IMG/VR virus record: IMGVR_UViG_3300040801_004519
Coordinates: 69,231-133,230 of that record
DNA: 64,000 bases
Source of the DNA: a virus
Taxonomy: Duplodnaviria > Heunggongvirae > Uroviricota > Caudoviricetes
Reading direction: 5' to 3' (one strand)
Part shown: positions 20,868-29,554 of the stretch, one piece after another
How positions within the stretch are numbered: the first letter of the stretch is position 1
Layout: each line of letters opens with the position of its first letter
Notes under the pieces: model-generated
What the model saw: the letters and a program-made list of their open reading frames with translations, nothing else
What the model was told of the DNA's origin: nothing
Databases searched by the model: none
Program-made: the position numbers and the translations under genes

Positions 20868-21590
20868 GTTATGCGAATTATAGCCATGAGTGACATTCAC
20901 GGGAATCTGCCTCCCTGCCCTGACGGTGACGTGCTTGTAATTAGTGGTGATATATGCAATGGATTTGAATCTAGGAATCACGAAAGCCAAGCAAGCTTCA
21001 TTAACGGAGACTTTAGCGACTGGATCGAATCTACTAACGTTTCTCAGACTGTTGTTTGTGCTGGTAATCATGATTTTGTTTTTCAAGACGCCCCGGAGCT
21101 AATCCGCTCAGATCGACCGTTCCATTACTTAGAAGATTCAAGTGTAGAAATCGAGGGGGTTAAGTTTTACGGAACCCCCTGGCAGTTGTGGCTTGGCAGT
21201 TGGGCGTTTAATGCACCAGAAGGGGATGCTCAGGAAGAGTTTCTTTCAAAAGTATATGGTCTAATCGATCCAGATACAGATGTTCTCGTTTCTCATGGAC
21301 CTCCCACTGGATTTGGCATGGTTGACTCTGTGCCCCAACGCGGTGGTGTAATCGCTCACGTCGGATCAAAAGCTTTGCAAGAAGCGATTCTTAATTTGGA
21401 AATACCCCTAACCGTATGTGGTCATATTCACTTTGGGAGAAAAGCAGGCATTCAGATTGTTAAGGGGGATGATCATAGATCGACTGTTGTTAATGCAGCG
21501 ATGGTGGACCAAAATTACCATATCAATCACAAGCCTTATGTATTTGAATATGACCCAAAAACAAAAGGGGTAGAAAATGTTGACAACTAA
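20868..21590 (+). CDS. calcineurin-like metallophosphoesterase
   Basis: MRIIAMSDIHGN, GDICNG, GNHDF, SHGPP, GHIHF: the ordered metallophosphoesterase motif set; start at in-frame ATG 20868. Confidence 0.6.
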   Translation, partial: VMRIIAMSDIHGNLPPCPDGDVLVISGDICNGFESRNHESQASFINGDFSDWIESTNVSQTVVCAGNHDFVFQDAPELIRSDRPFHYLEDSSVEIEGVKFYGTPWQLWLGSWAFNAPEGDAQEEFLSKVYGLIDPDTDVLVSHGPPTGFGMVDSVPQRGGVIAHVGSKALQEAILNLEIPLTVCGHIHFGRKAGIQIVKGDDHRSTVVNAAMVDQNYHINHKPYVFEYDPKTKGVENVDN

Positions 21591-22395
21591 TACAGTTCAT
21601 TTAGGTAAGTGTGAAGATGTCCTGAAGGATGTGGAAGACGAATCTGTTGATTTGATATTCAACGATCCTCCATTCAATATCGATCTAAAATACAATAGGT
21701 ATAATGATAATTTGACATATGGAGAGTATTATGATTGGTCTGAATCTTGGATCAATGAATCTGCTCGTATCCTAAAGCCAGAAGGATCAATGTATGTTGC
21801 AATCGGAGATGAGTTTGCTGGAGAAATCAGTGTTCTCCTTAAGAAGGCAGGCTTGAAGTTTCGAAATTGGATAGTCTGGCACTACACATTCGGCCAAAAC
21901 CAGAGGAAGAAGTTCAGCAGATGCCATACACACATACTCTATTTCACGAAGCACGCCTCAAAGTTCACATTCAATTTGGATGACATAAGGGTTCCGTCTG
22001 CTCGACAACTCAAATACAAGGACAAGCGTGCTAAATCTGGCGGAAAATCTCCTGATGACGTTTGGTCTGTGCATATGCCTGGAATAGAAGTTCCAGATTA
22101 TGAGCTTAAAGCATATCCAGAAGATTTTCTTGTGTGGAATGACTCCCGCATCTGCGGAACATTTAAAGAACGATATGTGGACTCTGATGGCTCTGCCCAC
22201 CCATGCCAAATGCCGTTAAGTGTTGTTTTTAGAATTGTTAAGGCCAGCAGCAATGAGGGTGACCTTGTTCTTGATGCTTTTGCGGGAACAGGCACCACTG
22301 CCGTCTCTGCGAAGCAGTTGAACCGAAATTATATCGCTATCGAAATGGACCCCCTCTATGTAGATATAACAAAAGAGAGATTAGAACGCATCTAA
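21577..22395 (+). CDS. DNA N6-adenine/N4-cytosine methyltransferase (beta-class amino-MTase)
   Basis: DLIFNDPPFN (DPPY-type motif IV) near the N-terminus and C-terminal LDAFAGTGTTAVSA (FxGxG AdoMet motif I), the circular permutation typical of beta-class MTases. Confidence 0.75.
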   Translation: MLTTNTVHLGKCEDVLKDVEDESVDLIFNDPPFNIDLKYNRYNDNLTYGEYYDWSESWINESARILKPEGSMYVAIGDEFAGEISVLLKKAGLKFRNWIVWHYTFGQNQRKKFSRCHTHILYFTKHASKFTFNLDDIRVPSARQLKYKDKRAKSGGKSPDDVWSVHMPGIEVPDYELKAYPEDFLVWNDSRICGTFKERYVDSDGSAHPCQMPLSVVFRIVKASSNEGDLVLDAFAGTGTTAVSAKQLNRNYIAIEMDPLYVDITKERLERI

Positions 22396-22405
22396 TTGAA
22401 CTATT

Positions 22406-22708
22406 ATGCCTCGTAGAAAGAAGCTGACAGAACCGCTTATTGATAAACAGGTTTTCAAAAAGATTGCCGGTAAATGTCAGATTTGTCCTGAAGATAGGTA
22501 TGAATTGCTTGATGTTCACCGCATTATTCCTGGAGCAGACGATGGAAAATATACCAGATCGAACAGCGTTTGCCTGTGTTCCAACTGTCATAGATTAGTT
22601 CACCATGGATGGTATACTATAATTGGATGGAGAAATAGTACCGCAGGAAGAGTCCTAATGGTAAAAGTGGGAAGTGGAGATGAGCATGATGTTGAAAAGT
22701 TTTTCTAA
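22406..22708 (+). CDS. HNH endonuclease
   Basis: CQICPE...LDVHRIIPGADDGKYTRSNSVCLCSNCHRLVHHG. Confidence 0.55.
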   Translation: MPRRKKLTEPLIDKQVFKKIAGKCQICPEDRYELLDVHRIIPGADDGKYTRSNSVCLCSNCHRLVHHGWYTIIGWRNSTAGRVLMVKVGSGDEHDVEKFF

Positions 22709-22735
22709 TTACGATATGTATTATAGGAGAAACAT

Positions 22736-23605
22736 ATGGTAAAGGCAAAATTTGTTCATTTAGTAAATTACTGCGGATACGAGGACTGTACCTTCAGTTT
22801 CGTTGGAGAAGACGGCGAGATCATGCCGTTGGCCATGTTCTATGGACCCAATGGAATTGGAAAGACAACCTGTATGCGAGCAATACAGCTTGCAGCAAAC
22901 CCTTCTATGTTTAGAGGCCGAGAGCGGAACTCAGAAATGCTTCTTCGAAAAAGCATTTATGATGTTGATTATCTTCCTGGCGTGGATGCTGTCAAGAAAG
23001 ATACAGACAAAAAGGAAATGAGGATAGAAGTTCTTTTTGAGACAGATGATGGAGAGAAGGCTGTCGTTATTGACAATAAAGGGTTACTTGTCAATGAACT
23101 TCCTAAGACTAATTTAAAGGATGGTTATTCATACTTTGGTGATGCTGACCATCCAATGGCAACAAACCGATTTATGCTCAACAGGGACAACAGAGACGTT
23201 TTCCTTGACTTTTGCGAAGAAGTATATGGGTACAAGTGCGACCTAGGATCGCCTGTGAGTCAACAGGGACTTGATGTTTACACTGACTTTATTATCCACA
23301 AAGGTGATGTTAGAGTTCACTTTAAATCTATGTCTGCTGGTGAAAAGAAGATTGCTACATTAGTATCCGACATCTTACAGCCCACAAACACTGAAGGGCG
23401 AGATATCATTATGGTTGACAATGTTGAAATGCATGTCTATTTCAAGAGACATGTTAGGATGATTGAAAAACTCTACGAGCATTTTCATCATAAACAAATG
23501 CTTGTAACTACGCACTCTCCAGTTATCATTGATTATATTGATGAGGAGTTTCATTTCGATCTTGAGAAATATCGCCCTGGGTACGCTCTGCTCGAATCAG
23601 AATAA
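22736..23605 (+). CDS. ABC-type/SMC-like ATPase (AAA_21-like)
   Basis: Walker A FYGPNGIGKTT, signature-like SAGEKK, Walker B/D-loop IIMVDNVEMHV, H-loop LVTTHSP; only 289 aa. Confidence 0.55.
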   Translation: MVKAKFVHLVNYCGYEDCTFSFVGEDGEIMPLAMFYGPNGIGKTTCMRAIQLAANPSMFRGRERNSEMLLRKSIYDVDYLPGVDAVKKDTDKKEMRIEVLFETDDGEKAVVIDNKGLLVNELPKTNLKDGYSYFGDADHPMATNRFMLNRDNRDVFLDFCEEVYGYKCDLGSPVSQQGLDVYTDFIIHKGDVRVHFKSMSAGEKKIATLVSDILQPTNTEGRDIIMVDNVEMHVYFKRHVRMIEKLYEHFHHKQMLVTTHSPVIIDYIDEEFHFDLEKYRPGYALLESE

Positions 23606-23619
23606 GAAAGAAAAACTAG

Positions 23620-24270
23620 ATGGATTATTTCGGAGAATCAACAAAAAGTCAACTTAGAAGAGATAAATTCACAAGAAAATACCTCAAGATGGCAAGAGAG
23701 CTTGCCAAGGATAATGATGCTTGTTATTCAAGACGGATCGGTGTAGTTCTTGTAAGCAATGTGAACAGAATTATATCTGTTGGATATAATGGTGGAGTAG
23801 AAGGGGTTCCACATGCCGATGACCAAAAATACCTTGCTCATCTTTGGAATAATCTTTTAACCGATCAACAGAGACAATACTTTGAAGACGAGCATGATGT
23901 TCAACAAATAAATGGTTCTGGGTGTTACAGTTTTGCAAGCAAGTTCTCAGGGTGTGGCCAGTGTCCAAGAAAACTTCTTGGAATAAAGAGTGGGGAGAGC
24001 CTTGAACTTTGCCCCTGTGCTCACGCGGAGCGAAACGCACTTGCCAATGCTAACATATCCGGTGTCTCGACCCTTGGTTCAGTAATGTATTGTTACTGCT
24101 CCGTTCCTTGTCACGAATGCACAGTGCAAATCTGTCAATCAAAAGTCTCTCGCGTGGTTTGTCTTGACAACGGATTTCCTGACTACAGTCCATCCAGCCG
24201 TTTTCTTTTTGAGAAATCCGGGGTTGAACTAGTACAAGTTACAGAAGAGTGGATAGATGCCTCAGAATAA
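23620..24270 (+). CDS. dCMP deaminase (cytidine/deoxycytidylate deaminase zinc-binding family)
   Basis: CYSRRIGVVLV, HAERNAL (zinc-binding H-x-E) and later PCHEC (PCxxC). Confidence 0.7.
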   Translation: MDYFGESTKSQLRRDKFTRKYLKMARELAKDNDACYSRRIGVVLVSNVNRIISVGYNGGVEGVPHADDQKYLAHLWNNLLTDQQRQYFEDEHDVQQINGSGCYSFASKFSGCGQCPRKLLGIKSGESLELCPCAHAERNALANANISGVSTLGSVMYCYCSVPCHECTVQICQSKVSRVVCLDNGFPDYSPSSRFLFEKSGVELVQVTEEWIDASE

Positions 24271-25081
24271 GGTCACCGAATCAGACTTGCTGGCTGCCTT
24301 ACGGCAGAAGTTCCCCGAGAAGTCCTATGCTCTTCTCTCACAGGTCAGAGATGGAACAGGCTATGGTAGTCCAGGTCGCACTGCTGACGCCTTGGCGATG
24401 AGCTTGTGGCCCTCAAGGGGCCTTGAATTGTCGGGATTCGAAATGAAAGTCAGCCGTTCTGATTGGCTTCGAGAACTGAAGCAACCAGAAAAGGCTGAAA
24501 GCATTGCTCGCTATTGCGACCGCTGGTGGCTCTATGTATCTGACGACAACATAGTCAAAGACGGAGAACTTCCCACGACATGGGGCCTTCTGGTTCTGAA
24601 GGGCGGGAAGCTTGTTGAGCGAGTCATGGCCCCTAAGCTGTCGCCTAGGGAGCTTGACCGTGTATTCGTGGCATCAGTGCTTCGGAGCATACAGGGGGAA
24701 TATACACCTAATCTGCTCGTGAACAAAAGGATCAACGAAGCCAGCAAAACCCAGCAAGAAGTCTTCGATACTGTAACCGGTGAATGGAAGAAAAAGTGTC
24801 AGAAGTATGTGGATATGATATCGAACTTCGAAAAGAAGAGCGGCTTAAAGTTTTCTGAATGGAGTCATGGAGATGTCTCCGAAGCAGTCGGACTCCTCAT
24901 GTCAATGATGCGAGATTCTAGGCGTGGATCACATGATATGTTGTCAGGGTATAGGAATCAGATAAACAGAGTTGTGAAAAATATGGAAGCTTCTGTTGAA
25001 TTGCTCAGAAATGGACTCGACGCATTAAACAAATTAACAGTTAAAGATTCGGGCGAGGAAGGCCCAATTGACAATACCTAG
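24257..25081 (+). CDS. hypothetical protein (possible PD-(D/E)xK-like core)
   Basis: SGFEMKVSRSD could be an E-x-K nuclease motif; speculative. Confidence 0.35.
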   Translation: MPQNKVTESDLLAALRQKFPEKSYALLSQVRDGTGYGSPGRTADALAMSLWPSRGLELSGFEMKVSRSDWLRELKQPEKAESIARYCDRWWLYVSDDNIVKDGELPTTWGLLVLKGGKLVERVMAPKLSPRELDRVFVASVLRSIQGEYTPNLLVNKRINEASKTQQEVFDTVTGEWKKKCQKYVDMISNFEKKSGLKFSEWSHGDVSEAVGLLMSMMRDSRRGSHDMLSGYRNQINRVVKNMEASVELLRNGLDALNKLTVKDSGEEGPIDNT

Positions 25082-25112
25082 AATATATAGACGGCGATTA
25101 TAAGGAGAAACT

Positions 25113-25427
25113 ATGCCAGTCAAAGGAAAGAAGCTTACGTCGAAGTCTAAGAAGAAGCCCTCTAGCGAGAGTAAATCTAAACCTCTTGTGAGGATGGTTC
25201 AGTCACTTGAAGACTATGTGAGGATCAACATCTCAGTGGGTAAAGGTGAAACTTTGAAAGTTGCTAGACTCTGGAAAAATGGTGATCGCACCTTTTTCAG
25301 GTGCAACGTGTGGAAAGAATTGGGCCACGGGCAGTCACTTGTCCAAAATCACACAATATCCAAGTCATACTTCGTATCAGTGGACGAAGTAAACGAAAGC
25401 GAAAGAGTTTTCACTATTCATGATTAG
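25113..25427 (+). CDS. hypothetical basic protein
   Basis: Lys-rich N-terminus; 104 aa. Confidence 0.35.
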   Translation: MPVKGKKLTSKSKKKPSSESKSKPLVRMVQSLEDYVRINISVGKGETLKVARLWKNGDRTFFRCNVWKELGHGQSLVQNHTISKSYFVSVDEVNESERVFTIHD

Positions 25428-26476
25428 CCTTGGTGCTGACCCACAAGCTCTTCTGGCTTGTTATCGCTAGCAGGAATAGGCTTTTCGTCTTGCCTGATGG
25501 ACGTTGTAACTCGATCCACAATTGCCGCAAGGAATGTCTCGTCCTTTACGGATGCCGAGAGGGCGATCTCCCGAGCCGTATTTGTTATTTGCTGTTTTGC
25601 TTCGGAGAGCATTTCGAACGCATCATCGAAGTCTTGCAATGCCTTTGCCAACTTGGCCTCCAGGCTGCCTTCGCTAACGCCAGTCAAATGAGGCCCGTTG
25701 GCAAAGAGGATTCTCCGAGCTTCCTGTAGCTCAGCGGTGCCACCCTGATTCTCTGGAGTCTGGTCGTTGCTGGCATGACCGTTTAGGTGCGGCTCTCCGT
25801 TCAAGTTGCTTCCCTTGCTTCGCGTAGCAGGTGGTGGAGCATTCATGTCAACTTGGCGAGGAACAATTCTTTCGTTGATGGCTCCCAAGATAACGTTCGG
25901 GTTGGGGGCTTCGACTTTCGCCAAGGTTGTTAGTTCTGGCATATACCCATCACCTTGAAGTTTTCGCACACACTTGATGACCTGTAATGCTTCCTTCTTT
26001 GTGAGGATCACGAGGCCAGCTTGAGAGACTAAGTGGTGAAGTTTCGGATTCTTGTGAATCATCCGTTGAGATCGCCCAGCGGTTTTATCCGACTTGTAAA
26101 CGAAGGCTTCTGATATGGATTCCGTGAAGCTAGTCAAGCCGGGCTTCCCAGATGTAAATCGGAGATAGCCAGGGTCCATTAGCACGGTTTTGGCCAATTC
26201 TGCTTCGTCTGCCACAATGTACATTTTCTTCTTCCCCTCTTGGAGTGCTTCTTCGAGTTCTTCTTCAGATAGTCCGCCGGATGGATTCTGCACGGTTCGA
26301 TCTTTCCAAAGATGGATTGAATCGATGTCCCTCTTCTCTGTTTTTCCACCGTGCCTTTGGGGCTTGATCTCCAGCGTCGTGTCGTTGAGGACTTGAATTA
26401 AAAGACCTCTTCCGAAGTGCTGTTCGCCATTTTCCTTCAACCTGTCCCGCACATATATCTGCTTTCCAGTATCCAA
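25424..26476 (-). CDS. hypothetical protein (only long minus-strand gene inside the + block)
   Basis: 350-aa ORF, tail-to-tail with the 25113 gene and divergent from the 26619 gene. Confidence 0.45.
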   Translation of the reverse strand: MDTGKQIYVRDRLKENGEQHFGRGLLIQVLNDTTLEIKPQRHGGKTEKRDIDSIHLWKDRTVQNPSGGLSEEELEEALQEGKKKMYIVADEAELAKTVLMDPGYLRFTSGKPGLTSFTESISEAFVYKSDKTAGRSQRMIHKNPKLHHLVSQAGLVILTKKEALQVIKCVRKLQGDGYMPELTTLAKVEAPNPNVILGAINERIVPRQVDMNAPPPATRSKGSNLNGEPHLNGHASNDQTPENQGGTAELQEARRILFANGPHLTGVSEGSLEAKLAKALQDFDDAFEMLSEAKQQITNTAREIALSASVKDETFLAAIVDRVTTSIRQDEKPIPASDNKPEELVGQHQG

Positions 26477-26618
26477 AAGGGTTTGCCAGATCGGAGCGGG
26501 GAATGTTTTCGTTGAGTTAGCCGATAAGTTTAATGTAGTTATCCTGTGGGTTCTACGAGTTGGGGGTCGATAATAGCAGTCCTGTTTGCCGCTGGCAAGC
26601 TGAACAAAAGAGAATGTC
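26477..26618. promoter_or_regulatory. divergent intergenic region with palindrome TTGCCGCTGGCAA (26586-26598)
   Basis: 142-bp gap between divergently oriented genes; near-perfect inverted repeat TTGCC/GGCAA. Confidence 0.3.
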
Positions 26619-27311
26619 TTGAGAATCTACAGACTCAGCAAGCAACCTGACCCGATCACCTACGTTCGCGTGGTGATGGCAAGGGTTAGCCACATATCGG
26701 AAGAAATGGCCAGCATTGGCAAAATTCGATGCTCTCAGCATGAACGTGATAGACTTGAAGCCATCCCAGATGTTCTGGGAGATGCTTGGCTTGAGATTCG
26801 ATCCTCTGTCTCCGATCTGAGTGGCCATGGCAGGTTTTCAAAAAAACACGCCCTGCAAGTTCGCGCAGCCCTTTCTGTCGGTATCAAGCTGACACAAGGG
26901 TGTTTTGACCTCATTCACAAGCTCCTCGAAGATGGTGTCCCTAAGGCATCTCGTCACTATTTGAAACGCACCTTACGCTGTGCTTTTGTCCGCTGTCAAC
27001 CTCATGAGGCCGAGCCAACAGATCAGTTTGTCCTGAACATGTTGGCCAATATTGCTTCTGGTCCATGTAAAAGCCTTGAGGGGCTTCTTGTAGGGGATGT
27101 CGATCCCCTATCTCATCTCAAGGTCAATGATGCCCTTGAACGTGGCCTTGTCAAGAGGATGGGGCAATTTTATGCGATGACAGGGAGCGGTTTGGAGACC
27201 CTGCTTGATGAGGCTGCCTACACTAGGGGATTGTCGCACTTGCTGTCAGACCAATCGGTTGAAACCAAAAATCTTTACTTCAAAGGACTCAAAGGAAACA
27301 ACAATGTCTAG
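26619..27311 (+). CDS. hypothetical protein
   Basis: 230-aa ORF. Confidence 0.35.
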   Translation: MRIYRLSKQPDPITYVRVVMARVSHISEEMASIGKIRCSQHERDRLEAIPDVLGDAWLEIRSSVSDLSGHGRFSKKHALQVRAALSVGIKLTQGCFDLIHKLLEDGVPKASRHYLKRTLRCAFVRCQPHEAEPTDQFVLNMLANIASGPCKSLEGLLVGDVDPLSHLKVNDALERGLVKRMGQFYAMTGSGLETLLDEAAYTRGLSHLLSDQSVETKNLYFKGLKGNNNV

Positions 27312-28173
27312 AAAATTTACAGGTGTAAAATGGCTTATCGAACGGTGTGCATTTGATGACCAAAATCCCCGAAAAATTGAAGAGTACCTTAAATCCATAG
27401 GTTTTCCTTGCTATTTTGCGAACTTCCATGGTTTTGGTAGCTACGAGCTACTTGGTCCAGCAAACGAGGAGCTAGGGAAAGAAGACTGTGTTGTTTGCTA
27501 CGCTACGATTGGCCTTGCACGCAAGTTACAGCGAGACAAAGCGTGGCATCCGTTGGCGTGGGTGGACTGGAAGATTTTTGAATGTACCCACTATTACCCC
27601 GTTTTCGCTCAGCATCTTATTGCTTCAAGATACATGATGATGCCTTTGGGAGAGATTCCCCGCCAAAAGGAATTTATATACGATACGCTCGGCATTGATG
27701 GTAAAGTATTTTTCCGACCTAATGACAATGAGAAGAGCTTTGCTGGCGAAGTTGTTCACTTCGATAGTTTTGACAAATGGTACTCATTAGCCAATATATA
27801 TGATCCAGGCAAGAGTTGCCTTTCCGTTGCTGCTCAGGTAGAAAGTATTCATTCTGAGTATCGAGTGATGGTCGCAGATCAAGAATTTTTAACTGGAAGT
27901 CGCTACCGTCTCAAAGGGGAGGTTCACTTAGATTCCGCCGTTCCTCAAGAGGTTTCTGATTTTGCCGTGATGCTTTCGAGAATTGCTGAAGAAAAATTCC
28001 CAGAATTGCCTTGTCTAATTTGCTTTGATATCGGAGTAACAGATAGAGGGCCAAAGTTGATTGAGATATCGTCTGCTAATACCAGCGGATTATACGAGAG
28101 CGACATGAAGGCCTTTGTCGATGTGGCGAACCGCATCGCAGAGAGAGAATGGCGAGACCTTTACGAGATTTAA
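27304..28173 (+). CDS. hypothetical protein
   Basis: start at ATG 27304 overlapping the previous stop (ATGTCTAG). Confidence 0.4.
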   Translation: MSRKFTGVKWLIERCAFDDQNPRKIEEYLKSIGFPCYFANFHGFGSYELLGPANEELGKEDCVVCYATIGLARKLQRDKAWHPLAWVDWKIFECTHYYPVFAQHLIASRYMMMPLGEIPRQKEFIYDTLGIDGKVFFRPNDNEKSFAGEVVHFDSFDKWYSLANIYDPGKSCLSVAAQVESIHSEYRVMVADQEFLTGSRYRLKGEVHLDSAVPQEVSDFAVMLSRIAEEKFPELPCLICFDIGVTDRGPKLIEISSANTSGLYESDMKAFVDVANRIAEREWRDLYEI

Positions 28174-28174
28174 A

Positions 28175-28573
28175 ATGGGAAAATTCGATAACGATTTCCA
28201 AGAAACTCCTACGCACCAAAACAACACCCTTTACTTGATATTCTCAGAATCAAAAGGGTTTATTGGCTCTTATGACTACTACGGTTGTCTTGAAGATGAC
28301 GATCAAATAGTGGTTCGTGTTGATGTAAATATTCCGAAGTCACTCTATAATCCTGTCAAGCTTGTTGTAGATGTGCCGGAAGATTTTGTTCGCAATGAGC
28401 CTATAAGGGGCCAAGTGGATGAAGTATCTATACCCGTCACAGTTGATGATATTAAACCAAATCCAAACCTAAAGGAAGAAATGGTTGTAAAGGAAGCACT
28501 TGATATTACAAGCCCCTCTTGGGGGAGTATTATTGGACTTATTCGCAAAAAGCTGATTGGGAGCGAAAAATGA
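28175..28573 (+). CDS. hypothetical protein
   Basis: ATG two nt after the previous stop. Confidence 0.35.
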   Translation: MGKFDNDFQETPTHQNNTLYLIFSESKGFIGSYDYYGCLEDDDQIVVRVDVNIPKSLYNPVKLVVDVPEDFVRNEPIRGQVDEVSIPVTVDDIKPNPNLKEEMVVKEALDITSPSWGSIIGLIRKKLIGSEK

Positions 28574-28905
28574 GTTATGGATATCTCGGAGAAGAAGTAG
28601 TTGATGCGAAAGACACCCCATATGCTGATTATACGGCATCTGATTGGGCTATGGAATTTATTGAGAGGTATGGAGGGATTGACGGTGATCATCACAAGTT
28701 ATGGCTTTTGGACCGAGTGGCTAGATTACTCAAAGGTGCTCCAGTAGAAGTTCGTCTGGCTAAATGGGATTCCGGGCACGAAGAATACCGATTCTCAATA
28801 GGAACTTCTGATGATTACGAGGAATGGGTAGAATACATGAAAGGGTGGAACGAAGAAGAAGGAGAGTACGATTATAGTTACGATTGGGGCGACAGCCCAC
28901 CCTAA
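28570..28905 (+). CDS. hypothetical acidic protein
   Basis: ATGA overlap; Asp/Glu/Tyr/Trp-rich. Confidence 0.35.
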   Translation: MSYGYLGEEVVDAKDTPYADYTASDWAMEFIERYGGIDGDHHKLWLLDRVARLLKGAPVEVRLAKWDSGHEEYRFSIGTSDDYEEWVEYMKGWNEEEGEYDYSYDWGDSPP

Positions 28906-28976
28906 AGATTTTGAGCAAAAAAAATCCGATACAAGGATTGACGGCTGAGGCGATAGCCGGTAAACTCTCGCCAATC

Positions 28977-29050
28977 GCTTCGGTAAGACTCAATGGTAGA
29001 GCTAGTTTTTCTAAAAAACTTGGTTGCAGGTTCGAATCCTGTCCGAGGCA
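28977..29050 (+). tRNA. tRNA with anticodon CUA (amber-suppressor type); D-arm irregular
   Basis: Acceptor stem GCTTCGG/CCGAGGC (7 bp, one G-U); perfect 5-bp anticodon stem AGTTT/AAACT with loop TTCTAAA (U33, anticodon CUA, A37); T-arm GCAGG-TTCGAAT-CCTGT with canonical GGTTCGAATCC; no encoded CCA; the D-arm folds only with a mismatch and extra nucleotides. Confidence 0.55.
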
Positions 29051-29148
29051 CTTGAACCTCGATTATTTTCAAAGGATAATCGAGGTTCAGTTTCGATTTG
29101 ATCTAAAGTTTTGCAAGCTGGTTAACCGATAATAATATTGTGACTTAG

Positions 29149-29517
29149 ATTTTTACTGACACTCGGGTCAAGCCTGCTACTCCGTACATTTACGCAGTAG
29201 TCCGAACAGACCTTCCATTCCCATCGCAAGCCGTTCAGGCTTCGCATGCTGTCTTAGAATCAACAAGACAAGGGATAGTCCCCCTTTCGGGAGATCATCC
29301 TCATCTAATCATCTGCGGTGTTGCAGATGAGATTTCTTTGCTGCGCTCGCTTGAGAAAATAAAATCTCAGGGAGTACGCTGCTCTTTGTTTCGTGAAGCC
29401 GATCTTGGGGATCAGGCTACGGCGTTTGCCAGCGAAATCGTAACGGGAGATGCTCGTCGCATCTTTCGAAAATTCAAATTACTTAAAGGCCCACCCGCTC
29501 TTTCCCCTGTCTCGTGA
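29149..29517 (+). CDS. PTH2-family peptidyl-tRNA hydrolase-like ORF lacking a canonical start codon
   Basis: Translation gives ...YIYAVVRTDLPFPSQAVQASHAVLE...HLIICGVADEISLLRSLEKIKSQGVRCSLFREADLGDQATAF..., matching the PTH2 pattern VVxRxDLxMxxGKxxAQxxHA and the later V.DE..L..L...A...GL...L..DAG block; the frame opens right after a TAG at 29146-29148 preceded by GTG 29140; absent from the ORF track because the ATG/GTG/TTG-initiated part is under 60 aa. Confidence 0.45.
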   Translation: MFTDTRVKPATPYIYAVVRTDLPFPSQAVQASHAVLESTRQGIVPLSGDHPHLIICGVADEISLLRSLEKIKSQGVRCSLFREADLGDQATAFASEIVTGDARRIFRKFKLLKGPPALSPVS

Positions 29518-29554
29518 CAGTGGCGAGGGTGGGTATTTTTATTGGAGAAACACA

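Noticed and set aside
28977-29050. alternative interpretation of the tRNA as a degenerate tRNA pseudogene
   Set aside because: The D-arm needs a mismatch and two extra nucleotides. However, three of four arms are perfect and the T-loop is canonical, so it is kept as a probable functional or atypical tRNA at moderate confidence rather than discarded.
28884-29132. 82-aa +-strand ORF from the six-frame track
   Set aside because: It lies entirely across the tRNA-like gene and its flanks and is most likely a spurious ORF. The tRNA fold (acceptor, anticodon and T-arm) explains the sequence better.
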